Source of the DNA: Pseudomonadota bacterium
GTDB lineage: Bacteria; Pseudomonadota; Gammaproteobacteria; Burkholderiales; Burkholderiaceae_B
Assembly: GCA_023440825.1 (NCBI GenBank)
Contig: JAEXRL010000030.1
Coordinates: 167,408-231,407, forward strand
Direction: 5' to 3'
Length of the DNA: 64,000 nt
The notes under the pieces are model-generated. The model did no database searches. It saw only the letters and a list, made by a program, of their open reading frames with translations, and had not been told where the DNA came from. Made by a program: the position numbers and the translations under genes. How positions within the stretch are numbered: the stretch's first letter is position 1; each line of letters opens with the position of its first letter. Shown here in pieces: positions 31,601 to 38,563 of this stretch.

Positions 31601-34600
31601 AGCCTGGGTTGTTAATGTTAAAAGGCAAAAGCGATGTATATATATTTGGCAGCATTAACGATGGTTTCGCCATGCCGGTTGACCCCGCCACGGGGAGTCT
31701 GATTCAGACGCCTGACGATGACAATTGGTTGCTAGTGACAGGTACTCAACCTTTAGAAAGTGATGTGTGGTTGCCTATTAATGGTGTCACTCTAGAGGCT
31801 GGGACTGTATTTCCTAAAGGGGTGCAGCTTAATTACACGCTTGGTGCAGTCGCTCCAGTGAGTGTAGCGCAGGGGGTAGTGCTACCTATCGCAGGTGTTA
31901 CCATTGCAGCATATACGTTCTCAACCACCGTTGCGTTCAACCATAATGTAGAGGTACAGGATACCCAAGGGGTAGTGCATACAATTTTGGCGGGGCAGCG
32001 CGTGCCTGCAGGTAGCATATTGCCCGCAGGTTCAGAGTTAAAGGCGGGCAGTCGCCTCCCTATACCGTTAACCTTGCAGTTTGCTTCATGGCCTGCTAAT
32101 ACTCCTTTAATTAGTGACTTAACCCTTGATGCTGCTCAGCAGCTTTCTGTGGGCGCATTTATACCTGGTACAGCAAAGTTGGTTCTGCCAAGCACACTGC
32201 TTGATGGTACGTATAATTTACGTCCAAGCACAAATGGCGAACAACGAATAAATTGGGCTGCAGCCCCTATGTTAGGTGAGGGCAAGAAGTCGTGGTCTAT
32301 ACATATCGGGGCAGGGGAAAACGCCTTAGCGGGGAAATTAGTGCTCAGTGACCCCCATTATTCCGCAATAAGTCGTGTGGTGGTTGAAGGGGCTTACTAC
32401 ACAGTACAGCTGTGGGATGATGAACTAGGTGGATACTATTACACCGCATACATGGCCAAGCGTGCACATCCTGGGCAAGGTATGGAAATAGGCAAGCCGA
32501 TGACGCGTGCGCAGGTTTCACGGTATTGTGGTACTCCGGCTAGTGCGGCAGTGTGGTGCGACAGGTTAAAACATCCTGATAGTCATAAGGTGGTTGCTGG
32601 TTCACCTTTAGTAAGTGTATTGCGTACCGGCACGGGAGATATACAGCTTAACGCAACCAGCGACATCAACATTAACTCGGCATATGGGGTGTACACCGCT
32701 GGTGCGGAAGTAGACCTTAAGCGTGTAGCAAGTGTTGATAATGCCTACGCTTTACGCGCTTTTAACAGAGAAAACTACAGAGATGTTGGTAGAAGCGTTT
32801 TAGGTGCGGGTGGCGTTGAGTATGAACATTTGGTAAACGAAGGTAGCACGTCAGCTCTACGCACAGGTTGGTACAGCGACGGTGGCGGCGATGTTAGCAT
32901 TCATGCGGGGAAAGACTTGTTAGGTTGGAGCACCGCTAATACCCTAAGCTACAACACACGCGCGACGCGGGCAGCGCTTGAGCCTGATGTGTGGTTATGG
33001 ACGCAAGGCCTGATCAATGATGAAAGGTGGGAAAATACGTCTACAGGCTGGAAGCTCAACTTTGGTACCTATGTGGGTCCGGGGAATGATGCTATACATG
33101 ACGAAGCACTAAAGCGTTTGCCCTATTTTCGAGGGTTTACTGGTGTTGGTACACTGGGTGGCGGCAATGTGGCGATTAATGTAGGCCGACATTTTGGTGC
33201 TATACAAATGGCAAACGATAGTGCGCGTACCACAGGCCGGGGGGTAACTGCTGCCGCTGCCTCTACGGGTATTGTGCATAACGATGGGCGTGTGCAACAG
33301 ATGGGTGGGGGCGATGTCTCTATTATTGTTGGTGGTCGCGTAAACCCAGTAGAAAAAACAGAGTACATGCGGCACGTTAACTTTAACCATTATGGCGCGG
33401 TTATTGCGATGCGTGGGCAAGCTCAGCTACAGGCGTTTTCGGTGGGTGCGGCACAGCCTTTTTTCCACGGTAGCTATAACCTCGATTCGCGTCCTGTTAG
33501 CGATGATTTGGTCTACACCTTACAAAGTGCTGCTGGGTTGAATGTGTTCCTGGCTGATGCTGCACTAAATATAAACAGTTACGACGGGCTAACCGTTAGT
33601 GGTATAGCCGATATAGGTAGGCGTGCCCAGGGTATGTTCGCTTTACGTAGTAGAACAAAGGGCGAACGCATCGCTGAAATTGATGCGCAAAGTGTTTTCA
33701 GTTTATGGACAGACTATACCAGTGTGCGGTTTAGCAGTGCTGGGGGCGACCTAATTCCTTTTAATATGCAAGTGACTGCACCTAATTGGAGCTCACACCG
33801 TGGCAGTGTATTTTATGCTGCCTCCAATGAGACGGGTTTCATTTTACCGTCACAAATGGCAGTCTTAGCGGCAAGTGGGTCTGTGTATTTGGGGTCGACG
33901 GGGTTTTCACATTCAAATAGTAATTCAAGCAAAATTTTTGTTAGTGCTCCTAATGCCTCACAAGGTGGAAGCTTCATGGTGCAGGCTAAAAATATGGTGT
34001 CTGCACGGGATTTCATTTTGGTGCCGTCCAATGCAGCGCACACTGTCACCAGCGGCCCCAAACGCGCACCCGTGTGGGTGGATGGTCCAGTTAGGGGGCT
34101 ATTGCTCAGCACAATGAGTAATAACACCTTAGGAAGAGCGATAAGTGAATATTTTGCTTTTGGGCCTTTGGTGGATCACAACAGTGGCACAACTGCAGCC
34201 AGCGTAGAAGTTTATGCCGAGCAAGGCGATATTATCGGTTTGGACCTTGGGGCTACCTTTACAGCACGAGGTGGGGAGCAATGGTTAGCAGGGCCTAGTA
34301 GAGCAAGCATTTCTGCTGGGCGTGACCTAGTAAGTTTTGGGCGTGGTGCAGATACTGTATTTAATACGCCGATGGGCGCCATTGAGGTGAAGGCAGGCTT
34401 GCTTGTACACGATAATGCACAAACGGTTTCTACCCTGTATGCAGGCCGTGATCTGTTACACAGCCAGGTGCAAATAGCCGGACCAGGTACCTTAGCACTT
34501 ACCGCAGGGCGTAGCATTCGTATGGAGGATAGGGTATCCGTTACCAGCCTAGGCGGGGTTGTTCCCGCCGACGAACGCCCCGGCGCCGACATTGTGATGC

Positions 34601-35868
34601 TTGCTGGTGTGGGGCAAAATGGCCCAGCCTACCAGCAGTTGTTGCAGCAATATACCCAGTCCAGCAATCGTATCGACACAAGCCTACCCCTAGCTGACCA
34701 GCCTGGTGGCGTTGTGCAAGACTACGAGGCCGAATTAATCGATTGGTTAGCCGAGCGCTTCGATTACCAGGCAGAGGATGCTGAGGCAGCACGCGAGTAC
34801 TTGGCGGCATTGCCTACTGCGCAACAAGGTGTTTTTGCACGCCAAATTTACTTTAACGAATTACGCGCTGGTGGGCGTGAATACAATGACCGCAATGGTC
34901 CACGTTTTGGAAGCTACCTACGTGGACGTAATGTGATAGAGGCCTTATTCCCCACCTTAGACAGCCATAATAACCCCATTGTTTACGAGGGTGGGGTAAC
35001 GATATACGGCAACCAGGGTGTTCATACCTTGCGGGGCGGCAATATCCAAATACTTAGCCCTGGCGGTGCACAGGTGTTTGGGGTCGAGGGTATTTACCCA
35101 AGTGGTGCCGCAGGGGTCATAACTCAAGGGCAAGGCGACATTCAACTGTTTGCACGCGATAGTATTTTGCTAGGCCAAAGCCGTATTATGACCACCTTTG
35201 GTGGCGACATTCTGGCTTGGTCAGCCCAAGGCGACATTAACGCTGGCCGCGGTTCTAAAACCACCGTGGTCTACGCCCCACCGCGTCGGGTGTACGACGA
35301 AATGGGTAATGTCAGCATCAATCCCGATGTGCCCAGCACGGGTGCGGGTATTGCCACGCTGGCTCCTATTCCTGAAGTCCCGGCGGGTGATGTGGACTTG
35401 ATTGCTCCCTTGGGTACGATCGACGCAGGCGAAGCGGGTATACGCGTATCCGGTAACGTGAACGTGGCGGCTTTGCACGTCGTGAACGCTGACAACATTC
35501 AAGTGCAGGGCGAAAGCAAGGGCATGCCTATAGCCGTTAGCGTCAACGTAGGCGCCCTGACCAGCGCCAGCAGTGCCGCCAACTCGGCCGCCACGGCGGC
35601 TCAGGAAACCTTGAGCCGTGCACGCGATGCGGCGCGCAGTAATCAGCCTTCGCAGATTCAGGTGCAAATACTGGGCTTTGGGGCAGGGGACAGTACGTCC
35701 AGCCTTACACCAGCTCGCGTGTTGCCGTCTACTCAGCTTGTTACTGAGGTAGAGAAAGTCGTAGATTATGATCCTGAGCATGCTGTGCGTATTCTTAGCT
35801 TTGGCGCGCCAGATAACTTGCGCAGGCTTGTACTGAGTGAGCACGAGCGTCGTAATCTAGGTTTGTGA
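22678..35868 (+). CDS. Giant (4396 aa) two-partner-secretion exoprotein, filamentous-haemagglutinin family (TpsA; PdtA/FhaL-like)
   Basis: It has a long signal peptide (predicted cleavage ARA/QL) and a TPS/haemagglutination-activity domain (ILHWNRFDVGRNTTVEFQQ..DAVLNRVVG...SQIQGKI.GDGTVMVVNQNGIIFSG). A G/N/S/T-rich beta-helix-like sequence runs for thousands of residues. The conserved C-terminal block is GDINAGRGSKTTVVYAPP...IDAGEAGIRVSGNVNVAALHVVNADNIQV. Confidence 0.9.
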   Translation: MLQSLVSTSACLLSKFEKRSKPRAGAPNWTITPLALALGMVLASAWHNGARAQLRGDFFTQQNAALQQQQRAAHQAARAVQQSLSTQQQQAAARAHLSHSLDNLNRTANAIAAQQAAQNAARLAARQQASSVADGLAQGGLEVATGDKATWLGAQAPVTSSKDGQHHVGIKQTESKAILHWNRFDVGRNTTVEFQQKSTDAVLNRVVGVDAKPSQIQGKIKGDGTVMVVNQNGIIFSGSSQVNVRNLVAAAASLSDQQFFEHGILGAEQGKNAVFNDAKGDVRVEAGALLAPLAPHSSTREGGYVLLLGQHVHHAGEIQLNQGQAVLAAGDTFYIRQGRGSEANRRSSIEGLEVAAHAAADQSHTLTHTGVIQGNSSAITLHARQVQVGGDKLQAPALTLSTSTTQKRGTIHVLGTQDTDSQVELLNNSVTAIVIDQQELTALDSQRDSLRQHEAQYTDNTNEDRLRDPGAVFGAYGSSGRLNVESRVNPSPDRLDQSRIEIISGGNIHARGGALVLATGGQLVFRTAPSTTNAQVGGVAHIHSGAALDVSGAIGVALSMSDNNLLINVQGNELRDAPVNRDSNARESKSWLSNSDLWLDERLLVPVLGLDGEYRLYSHGGLLEVSGWVGLRRRGMGEWASSGGNISAYGARFTSDTGALLNLSGGTLDVASGSIRQSWLLDGRGRLHLADRALATIPYTRVFTGYVSEHHRWGASSQREFHSPLLAPYYRYEQGYTVGRDAGELIVATQHFELQGQLIADTYQSPLQQLGRVNTQGNSHHQLAQRAGLIIGHVVPMLQDGALVSYVRAVSDQVHIHGGDTAQPVNFDIDDWVFDANSSNKLSADLLNDWNLGKLLVAANEAIVLDGDLRLAPSAMGGESTTLGLHAPQIVVNAAIYTPAGGIVMNNRLTGRDQQGKVVSDERRLPLASHNIKPHFIHVGAQGDLNTSGVINLSGDSVAKPYLEGGDIHILSSGYLRIQKGAKLVVNSGAMLDEKGQLQGGYGGDVHLASGYRNSEATFPSYLEGHIEGYGVKGGGSLRVDASTAVSIGGRLLQENGVLKAGEVAPTMLTIEETIEQGEGEILLADITYKSNVLMPGQYYDYALMGGFNTAWVNGWPSDMYVTEDFYFFEPLKTVQGVPITIAARVPGDDSLHRVTRGWLRKGTQILGLSARPANQVLPPEVFSVPIPVTNNYDKVLSAGILLTAEVLNNTLQGKPVVITPGNVIAAGQVLGVDVKVTPLFEFSTARFNSGFAHYDIRGAQGLRVAASHKDGETLQPTQPLWQLEHSSGTISLQAKQRAQLLQAPKNAYDAATFRPGVQLSFSAGLNGGDTQNRAGLGITIDENVTLQLDPLQTLSLHSAGFTRIDGKIVIPGGVVEFSDSVNNTLLQRPAQISPAAGLGVQLGKQAHIDVAGRAFKVHNAAQNKAYGLVLDGGQVLFGQAIERETGRGYHEYTPSSLHGFVAIAEGALVDASGAALYDSQGALVQSSRGGRIVLNSTYGWQVDGELLAHGGKATQGGSLELALESPSYRRDNAYLNQWLHQRELNLVQKISDITLSNYTVGRASYSVQQLAEGGFSSVALLVNGALSLQDGLHLDLGDQLSDLSLYTRAMHWTDDVGSQATASIKAPYLLLAGTTYRSSNPDGTSQAPVGGISVPGRSEWAQGSISFYGQHIDLRDHIYMGRHEVGSNLTKFGFKQINLLSDTDVRISSSGLIGGGSVNAGLTVPYELNIYAQRTYVSSGTIAILHTPEISWIREKEGYIDGTSSPSEVGSSINFYASPKGKVSSATPNTYGGRLAIGAEQVRVASAIYAPEGQLLIGLNKEYGAGDTERVHLEAGAIVSVSTAGLVIPNGGTTDGLTWEWASGETFTAHKDDTRRRITKNLRLAGSYIKVDDGVTLDVSGGGELLGYGFIAGRGGSRDIRYHALDPFQRVLQRQNYKDYSGIYAVLPANDLLAPATHSAMGADFTSLQFDHALLGLSTTQSYTLMPAEYALLPGAIRVELVQQPHPWVVTDAPDVSLARHDGLYSNAGSYRSGATLLGGINGHVLNSHIQVLLTPAAVAHKHANYNQTTFTQYLEAAALLHGVMPERGIADAGVLQFTLNNYHHYINGQWLPVRRDKASLQFEGQINAQSQGGYLAEAAVNTHRKTMSLTVVSSELPLMPPSSNTAFLLTDAALNQIASSVYHLRVGVADRANDAAHTLSLATGVQLHAQELLLGADQSLQLADGVTITARHQGTLVPENYQARAIHGDVTALLISERQQIGASFGTGGGQIRVGEAVLQADGVVAFMTDGEVTLNPRAQIGAKELQLKASAITLYGSEQNADNNRYGLQLDSHFIHHLLHNPLIKIQKLHLAASDFVGFHGNVQLNLQQEGGLGQFLLSTPTLKSVGHNQANVEIHADEFQWASPSYQESASIVSATDSSGQFIVNAQTVLLGQDKQQFGVSKTPVLRAVGFDNYQLQAEHAIQLAGDIDVQFYQRQKELSNGKLSYQDGSLTLVTPQLSVAAGVAGTVAAHTIHIQGNHAANPSKANDLVGLGGSLALHADAQLHTQNVYITLPTGKVLLQAGTGLNVGENTLIDVAAVPQTIGAQDVHLWGGEVELRSQRGYIHTHETSSIDVSAMNNHAGQLRVILEESEGTKPSIRLNGAWAGQAVGNYASTGQEFAYAGGRFSLQAPNTEASGGSASAWFTELNRKLDEAGFFGARLFAYERGDLVVSDTVTANIIDLQLRHGQLTINGTLDASGDRVGRVTLQAQHGLSLGDTATIDVSSHQLRVDAYGDPIHAANRGRITLGSESGTVRIGNSHFNFQVGGDSNYRQGALHIYAPRLQKDGAGVRLRMSAGATQQGAAEAVVYGVARYTDAPLASEPLSDGKWYQQIDQSYMDRLHQDSNLFIERSLADTGWRMDALAVQNQAIWQDIMHLRPAVQIESLTAETPLVVIGDIDLARYRYASLNPEVASAYQTGVDSSHAAYGSGEPGLLMLKGKSDVYIFGSINDGFAMPVDPATGSLIQTPDDDNWLLVTGTQPLESDVWLPINGVTLEAGTVFPKGVQLNYTLGAVAPVSVAQGVVLPIAGVTIAAYTFSTTVAFNHNVEVQDTQGVVHTILAGQRVPAGSILPAGSELKAGSRLPIPLTLQFASWPANTPLISDLTLDAAQQLSVGAFIPGTAKLVLPSTLLDGTYNLRPSTNGEQRINWAAAPMLGEGKKSWSIHIGAGENALAGKLVLSDPHYSAISRVVVEGAYYTVQLWDDELGGYYYTAYMAKRAHPGQGMEIGKPMTRAQVSRYCGTPASAAVWCDRLKHPDSHKVVAGSPLVSVLRTGTGDIQLNATSDININSAYGVYTAGAEVDLKRVASVDNAYALRAFNRENYRDVGRSVLGAGGVEYEHLVNEGSTSALRTGWYSDGGGDVSIHAGKDLLGWSTANTLSYNTRATRAALEPDVWLWTQGLINDERWENTSTGWKLNFGTYVGPGNDAIHDEALKRLPYFRGFTGVGTLGGGNVAINVGRHFGAIQMANDSARTTGRGVTAAAASTGIVHNDGRVQQMGGGDVSIIVGGRVNPVEKTEYMRHVNFNHYGAVIAMRGQAQLQAFSVGAAQPFFHGSYNLDSRPVSDDLVYTLQSAAGLNVFLADAALNINSYDGLTVSGIADIGRRAQGMFALRSRTKGERIAEIDAQSVFSLWTDYTSVRFSSAGGDLIPFNMQVTAPNWSSHRGSVFYAASNETGFILPSQMAVLAASGSVYLGSTGFSHSNSNSSKIFVSAPNASQGGSFMVQAKNMVSARDFILVPSNAAHTVTSGPKRAPVWVDGPVRGLLLSTMSNNTLGRAISEYFAFGPLVDHNSGTTAASVEVYAEQGDIIGLDLGATFTARGGEQWLAGPSRASISAGRDLVSFGRGADTVFNTPMGAIEVKAGLLVHDNAQTVSTLYAGRDLLHSQVQIAGPGTLALTAGRSIRMEDRVSVTSLGGVVPADERPGADIVMLAGVGQNGPAYQQLLQQYTQSSNRIDTSLPLADQPGGVVQDYEAELIDWLAERFDYQAEDAEAAREYLAALPTAQQGVFARQIYFNELRAGGREYNDRNGPRFGSYLRGRNVIEALFPTLDSHNNPIVYEGGVTIYGNQGVHTLRGGNIQILSPGGAQVFGVEGIYPSGAAGVITQGQGDIQLFARDSILLGQSRIMTTFGGDILAWSAQGDINAGRGSKTTVVYAPPRRVYDEMGNVSINPDVPSTGAGIATLAPIPEVPAGDVDLIAPLGTIDAGEAGIRVSGNVNVAALHVVNADNIQVQGESKGMPIAVSVNVGALTSASSAANSAATAAQETLSRARDAARSNQPSQIQVQILGFGAGDSTSSLTPARVLPSTQLVTEVEKVVDYDPEHAVRILSFGAPDNLRRLVLSEHERRNLGL
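23077..23940 (+). other. TPS (haemagglutination activity) secretion domain of the giant exoprotein
   Basis: Residues about 134-420 carry the NRV/NQNGIIF equivalents of the NPNL/NPNGI TPS motifs. Confidence 0.75.
35200..35530 (+). other. Conserved C-terminal domain typical of the giant FHA-family subgroup (DUF3739-like, from memory)
   Basis: The segment reads GGDILAWSAQGDINAGRGSKTTVVYAPPRRVYDEMGNVSINPDVPSTGAGIATL...DLIAPLGTIDAGEAGIRVSGNVNV. Confidence 0.45.
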
Positions 35869-35935
35869 GTGGAGTCGGGGACTTTTAAGCAGGGGGGGCT
35901 TGTAGGCTACCCCTGCGTAGTTGGCTAAGCGTATA

Positions 35936-36769
35936 TTATTGTCGAGCTAGGCGTGGCTCATCCACTCTAGCGGCATAGCTGGCGCGCCAAGGGTTGATGT
36001 CCAGTCCGCCGCGTCGTGTATAGCGTGCATACACAAAAAGTTTTTCGGGTTTGCACAGTGTCCAGATATCGTGATAGAGGCGCTCCACGCAATGCTCATG
36101 AAACTCATTGTGCTGACGTAAGGACACTATATAGGCCAGCAACGAGGCGTGGTCAATTTGAGGGCCGGTATATTGCACTTGTACGCTGCCCCAGTCGGGC
36201 TGATTGGTGACCAGGCAGTTTGACTTTAGTAAGTCAGAGCGTAGTGTCTCGGTGACCCGTTGCGCTTTATCCGCCAGTTTTAGTAAATTTGCTTGCGGTG
36301 TGTAATGCGTAATCTCAATATCTAACTCATCTAGCAAAATCCCGGGCAGCACACCGATGAGCTGCCCATTCAATTCCTCTAGGGAATGCAAGGTGACTTT
36401 AACCGGTGCGCCCGCGACGGCGGATAGATCTTCCTGAATACGAGCTCGCAGACTTGGGACATCACTCACTCTTTCCTCGTTAAACGAATTGAGGTAGAGC
36501 TTCAGTGATTTGGACTCGATAAGATGGGGACTTTGCCAGGGAATTTCAAAACGGCCCACCGCAACTACAGGCTTGCCCTTGCTATTTAGCCAAGACATCT
36601 CATAGGCATTCCAGATGTCGGCACCAAACCAGTTGTCCGGAATGCTCAGATGCCCGCGGTTATCTGCTCGAGGTATGCCAAATAAAAGCTCAGGCTGATA
36701 GCGCTGTGGATACTGAGTGGTTTGTCCCAAGGGTGAGTCTTGCAGGGAGCTGTGTGCAACGTCTGTCAT
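35936..36769 (-). CDS. queF: NADPH-dependent 7-cyano-7-deazaguanine (preQ0) reductase, bimodular type
   Basis: It is 277 aa with ESKSLKLYLNSF, the catalytic segment LKSNCLVTNQPDWGSV and the HEFHEH motif. Confidence 0.9.
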   Translation of the reverse strand: MTDVAHSSLQDSPLGQTTQYPQRYQPELLFGIPRADNRGHLSIPDNWFGADIWNAYEMSWLNSKGKPVVAVGRFEIPWQSPHLIESKSLKLYLNSFNEERVSDVPSLRARIQEDLSAVAGAPVKVTLHSLEELNGQLIGVLPGILLDELDIEITHYTPQANLLKLADKAQRVTETLRSDLLKSNCLVTNQPDWGSVQVQYTGPQIDHASLLAYIVSLRQHNEFHEHCVERLYHDIWTLCKPEKLFVYARYTRRGGLDINPWRASYAARVDEPRLARQ

Positions 36770-37053
36770 AAATAGTGATGATAATCATAAAAGAGAAATT
36801 TCCTTATTATCCCACATTGTGAAAGTGTCGTTTTAGTATGCAAAAAATGCCTGTTGCATTGCTCTAAAAAATTTTTCACAAAGAAGATTTGTATTTCATA
36901 TCTCGAAATAGTGTTTCTATGTTGTTGATTTAAAACAAAAACATTTTTTGTCTTGTATAAGACATAAGTGTTCTTTGCGCTGCAGCATTTAGATAGACTG
37001 TAGTCATCTTATTTGCAGTTCTAACCATAGCTAGTTTTAACTTGGAGTTAACA

Positions 37054-38361
37054 ATGAGCACACGAGAAAACGAAATCCGTTCCTTGCAAAAGCGCTGGGC
37101 TGAGGACCCTCGCTGGCAGGGTATCAAGCGTGGTTACACCGCCGAGGAGGTGATTAACCTGCGCGGCTCGGTCACTGAAGAGCACACGCTGGCACGTCGC
37201 GGTGCAGAGCGCTTGTGGAAGTTGTTGCACGAGGAGCCCTTTGTGAACTCACTGGGTGCCTTAACCGGTAACCAGGCTATGCAACAGGTTAAAGCGGGTC
37301 TGAAAGCGATTTATCTTTCAGGTTGGCAGGTGGCCGGTGATGCCAACCTGGCCGGTGAAATGTATCCCGACCAAAGTTTGTACCCCATTAACTCTGTGCC
37401 TCAGGTAGTACGTCGTATCAATAATGCCTTGGCGCGTTGCGATCAGATCCAGTGGATGGAAGGGGTAAATCCTGGCGACGAAAACCATATAGAGTACTTT
37501 GCGCCTATTGTGGCTGATGCGGAAGCAGGTTTTGGCGGTGTGCTCAATGCCTTCGAGCTGATGAAGGCCATGATTGTAGCGGGTGCATCGGGCGTGCACT
37601 TTGAGGATCAGTTGGCCTCGGTGAAAAAGTGTGGTCACCTGGGTGGCAAGGTGTTGGTACCAACTCGTGACGCTGTTTCCAAGTTGGTGGCTGCCCGTTT
37701 GGCTGCGGACGTTCTGGATGTTCCCACGCTCTTGTTGGCTCGTACTGATGCGGATGCTGCCGATCTGATCACCAGTGATGTAGACGAAAATGACCGTCCG
37801 TTTATTACTGGCGAACGTACGGTAGAGGGTTTTTTCCGTACCCGTGCTGGTATTGAACAAGCGATTTCCCGAGGTTTGGCCTATGCCCCTTATGCTGACC
37901 TGATCTGGTGTGAAACAGCCACCCCAGATCTGGAGTATGCGCGTAAGTTTGCTGAAGCGATCCATCGCCAGTTCCCCGGAAAAATGTTGTCTTATAACTG
38001 CTCACCCTCGTTTAACTGGAAGCGTAATCTTGATGATTCAACTATTGCCAAGTTCCAGCGTGAGCTGGGTGCGATGGGGTATAAGTACCAGTTCATTACG
38101 CTTGCCGGTTTCCATGCACTGAATTATGGTATGTTTGATTTAGCTCATGGTTATGCACGAAACCAGATGAGTGCTTTTGTAGAGTTGCAGGAAAAAGAAT
38201 TCGCAGCAGCGGATCGCGGCTTTACCGCTGTTAAGCATCAGCGTGAGGTGGGTACTGGCTACTTTGACGCTGTTACGCAAGCGATTGAAGGTGGGCAATC
38301 CTCAACGACCGCTTTGGCGGGCTCTACCGAAGCCGAGCAGTTTGGAGCAAGCGCTGCTTAA
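37054..38361 (+). CDS. aceA: Isocitrate lyase
   Basis: The N-terminus W...PRW.GI.R.Y.AEEV..LRGS and the signature KKCGHLGGK are present. Start set at ATG 37054 (the ORF track uses TTG 37042). Confidence 0.95.
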   Translation: MSTRENEIRSLQKRWAEDPRWQGIKRGYTAEEVINLRGSVTEEHTLARRGAERLWKLLHEEPFVNSLGALTGNQAMQQVKAGLKAIYLSGWQVAGDANLAGEMYPDQSLYPINSVPQVVRRINNALARCDQIQWMEGVNPGDENHIEYFAPIVADAEAGFGGVLNAFELMKAMIVAGASGVHFEDQLASVKKCGHLGGKVLVPTRDAVSKLVAARLAADVLDVPTLLLARTDADAADLITSDVDENDRPFITGERTVEGFFRTRAGIEQAISRGLAYAPYADLIWCETATPDLEYARKFAEAIHRQFPGKMLSYNCSPSFNWKRNLDDSTIAKFQRELGAMGYKYQFITLAGFHALNYGMFDLAHGYARNQMSAFVELQEKEFAAADRGFTAVKHQREVGTGYFDAVTQAIEGGQSSTTALAGSTEAEQFGASAA

Positions 38362-38403
38362 GTAAACGTGTGGATGTTGTAAAAATGCGCCAGCGGTAAA
38401 AAA

Positions 38404-38423
38404 GGGGCTGCTAAGGCAGCCCC
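38404..38423 (+). terminator. GC-rich hairpin after aceA (possible terminator)
   Basis: GGGGCTGC-TAAG-GCAGCCCC is preceded by an A-run, and the downstream T-tract is weak. Confidence 0.45.
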
Positions 38424-38515
38424 ATAAAGCATTTGTCAGTTACGCCGTATTTGGGGGGATTACGACCTGAGCAATATGCATAAACAATACAATATAGTAA
38501 CCATACAAATTGGTA

Positions 38516-38529
38516 TTGATTTAGATCAA
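38516..38529. promoter_or_regulatory. FNR/Anr box upstream of the ccoI-like gene
   Basis: TTGAT-TTAG-ATCAA is a perfect match to TTGAT-N4-ATCAA. Its centre lies about 41.5 nt upstream of ATG 38564. Confidence 0.7.
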
Positions 38530-38563
38530 GCAAGCAGACATATGGCTCGACTATAGTCTCTCT

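Noticed and set aside
35221-35844. 207-aa ORF on the minus strand, and many other 60-130-aa ORFs antisense to or out of frame with the giant gene (e.g. 23131-23484, 34212-34592)
   Set aside because: They lie entirely within a strongly supported 13-kb CDS. Their composition is Arg/Cys/His-rich shadow-frame sequence, and they have no SD or family resemblance.
22678-35868. Possibility that the giant TpsA is a CdiA contact-dependent inhibition toxin
   Set aside because: By eye I found no VENN or similar pre-toxin demarcation motif. The C-terminus is the conserved GDINAGRGSKT...IDAGEAGIRVSG block rather than a variable toxin tip. No small immunity ORF follows, since the next gene is a convergent queF, and no cdiB is adjacent.
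36925-36938. FNR/CRP-like site TTGAT-TTAA-AACAA in the AT-rich queF/aceA intergenic region
   Set aside because: It matches 9/10 positions, but the region is so AT-rich that chance matches are likely. It lies about 120 nt from the aceA start and there is no physiological rationale without data.
37318-37965. 215-aa minus-strand ORF inside aceA
   Set aside because: It is antisense to a canonical isocitrate lyase CDS and is a typical shadow ORF.
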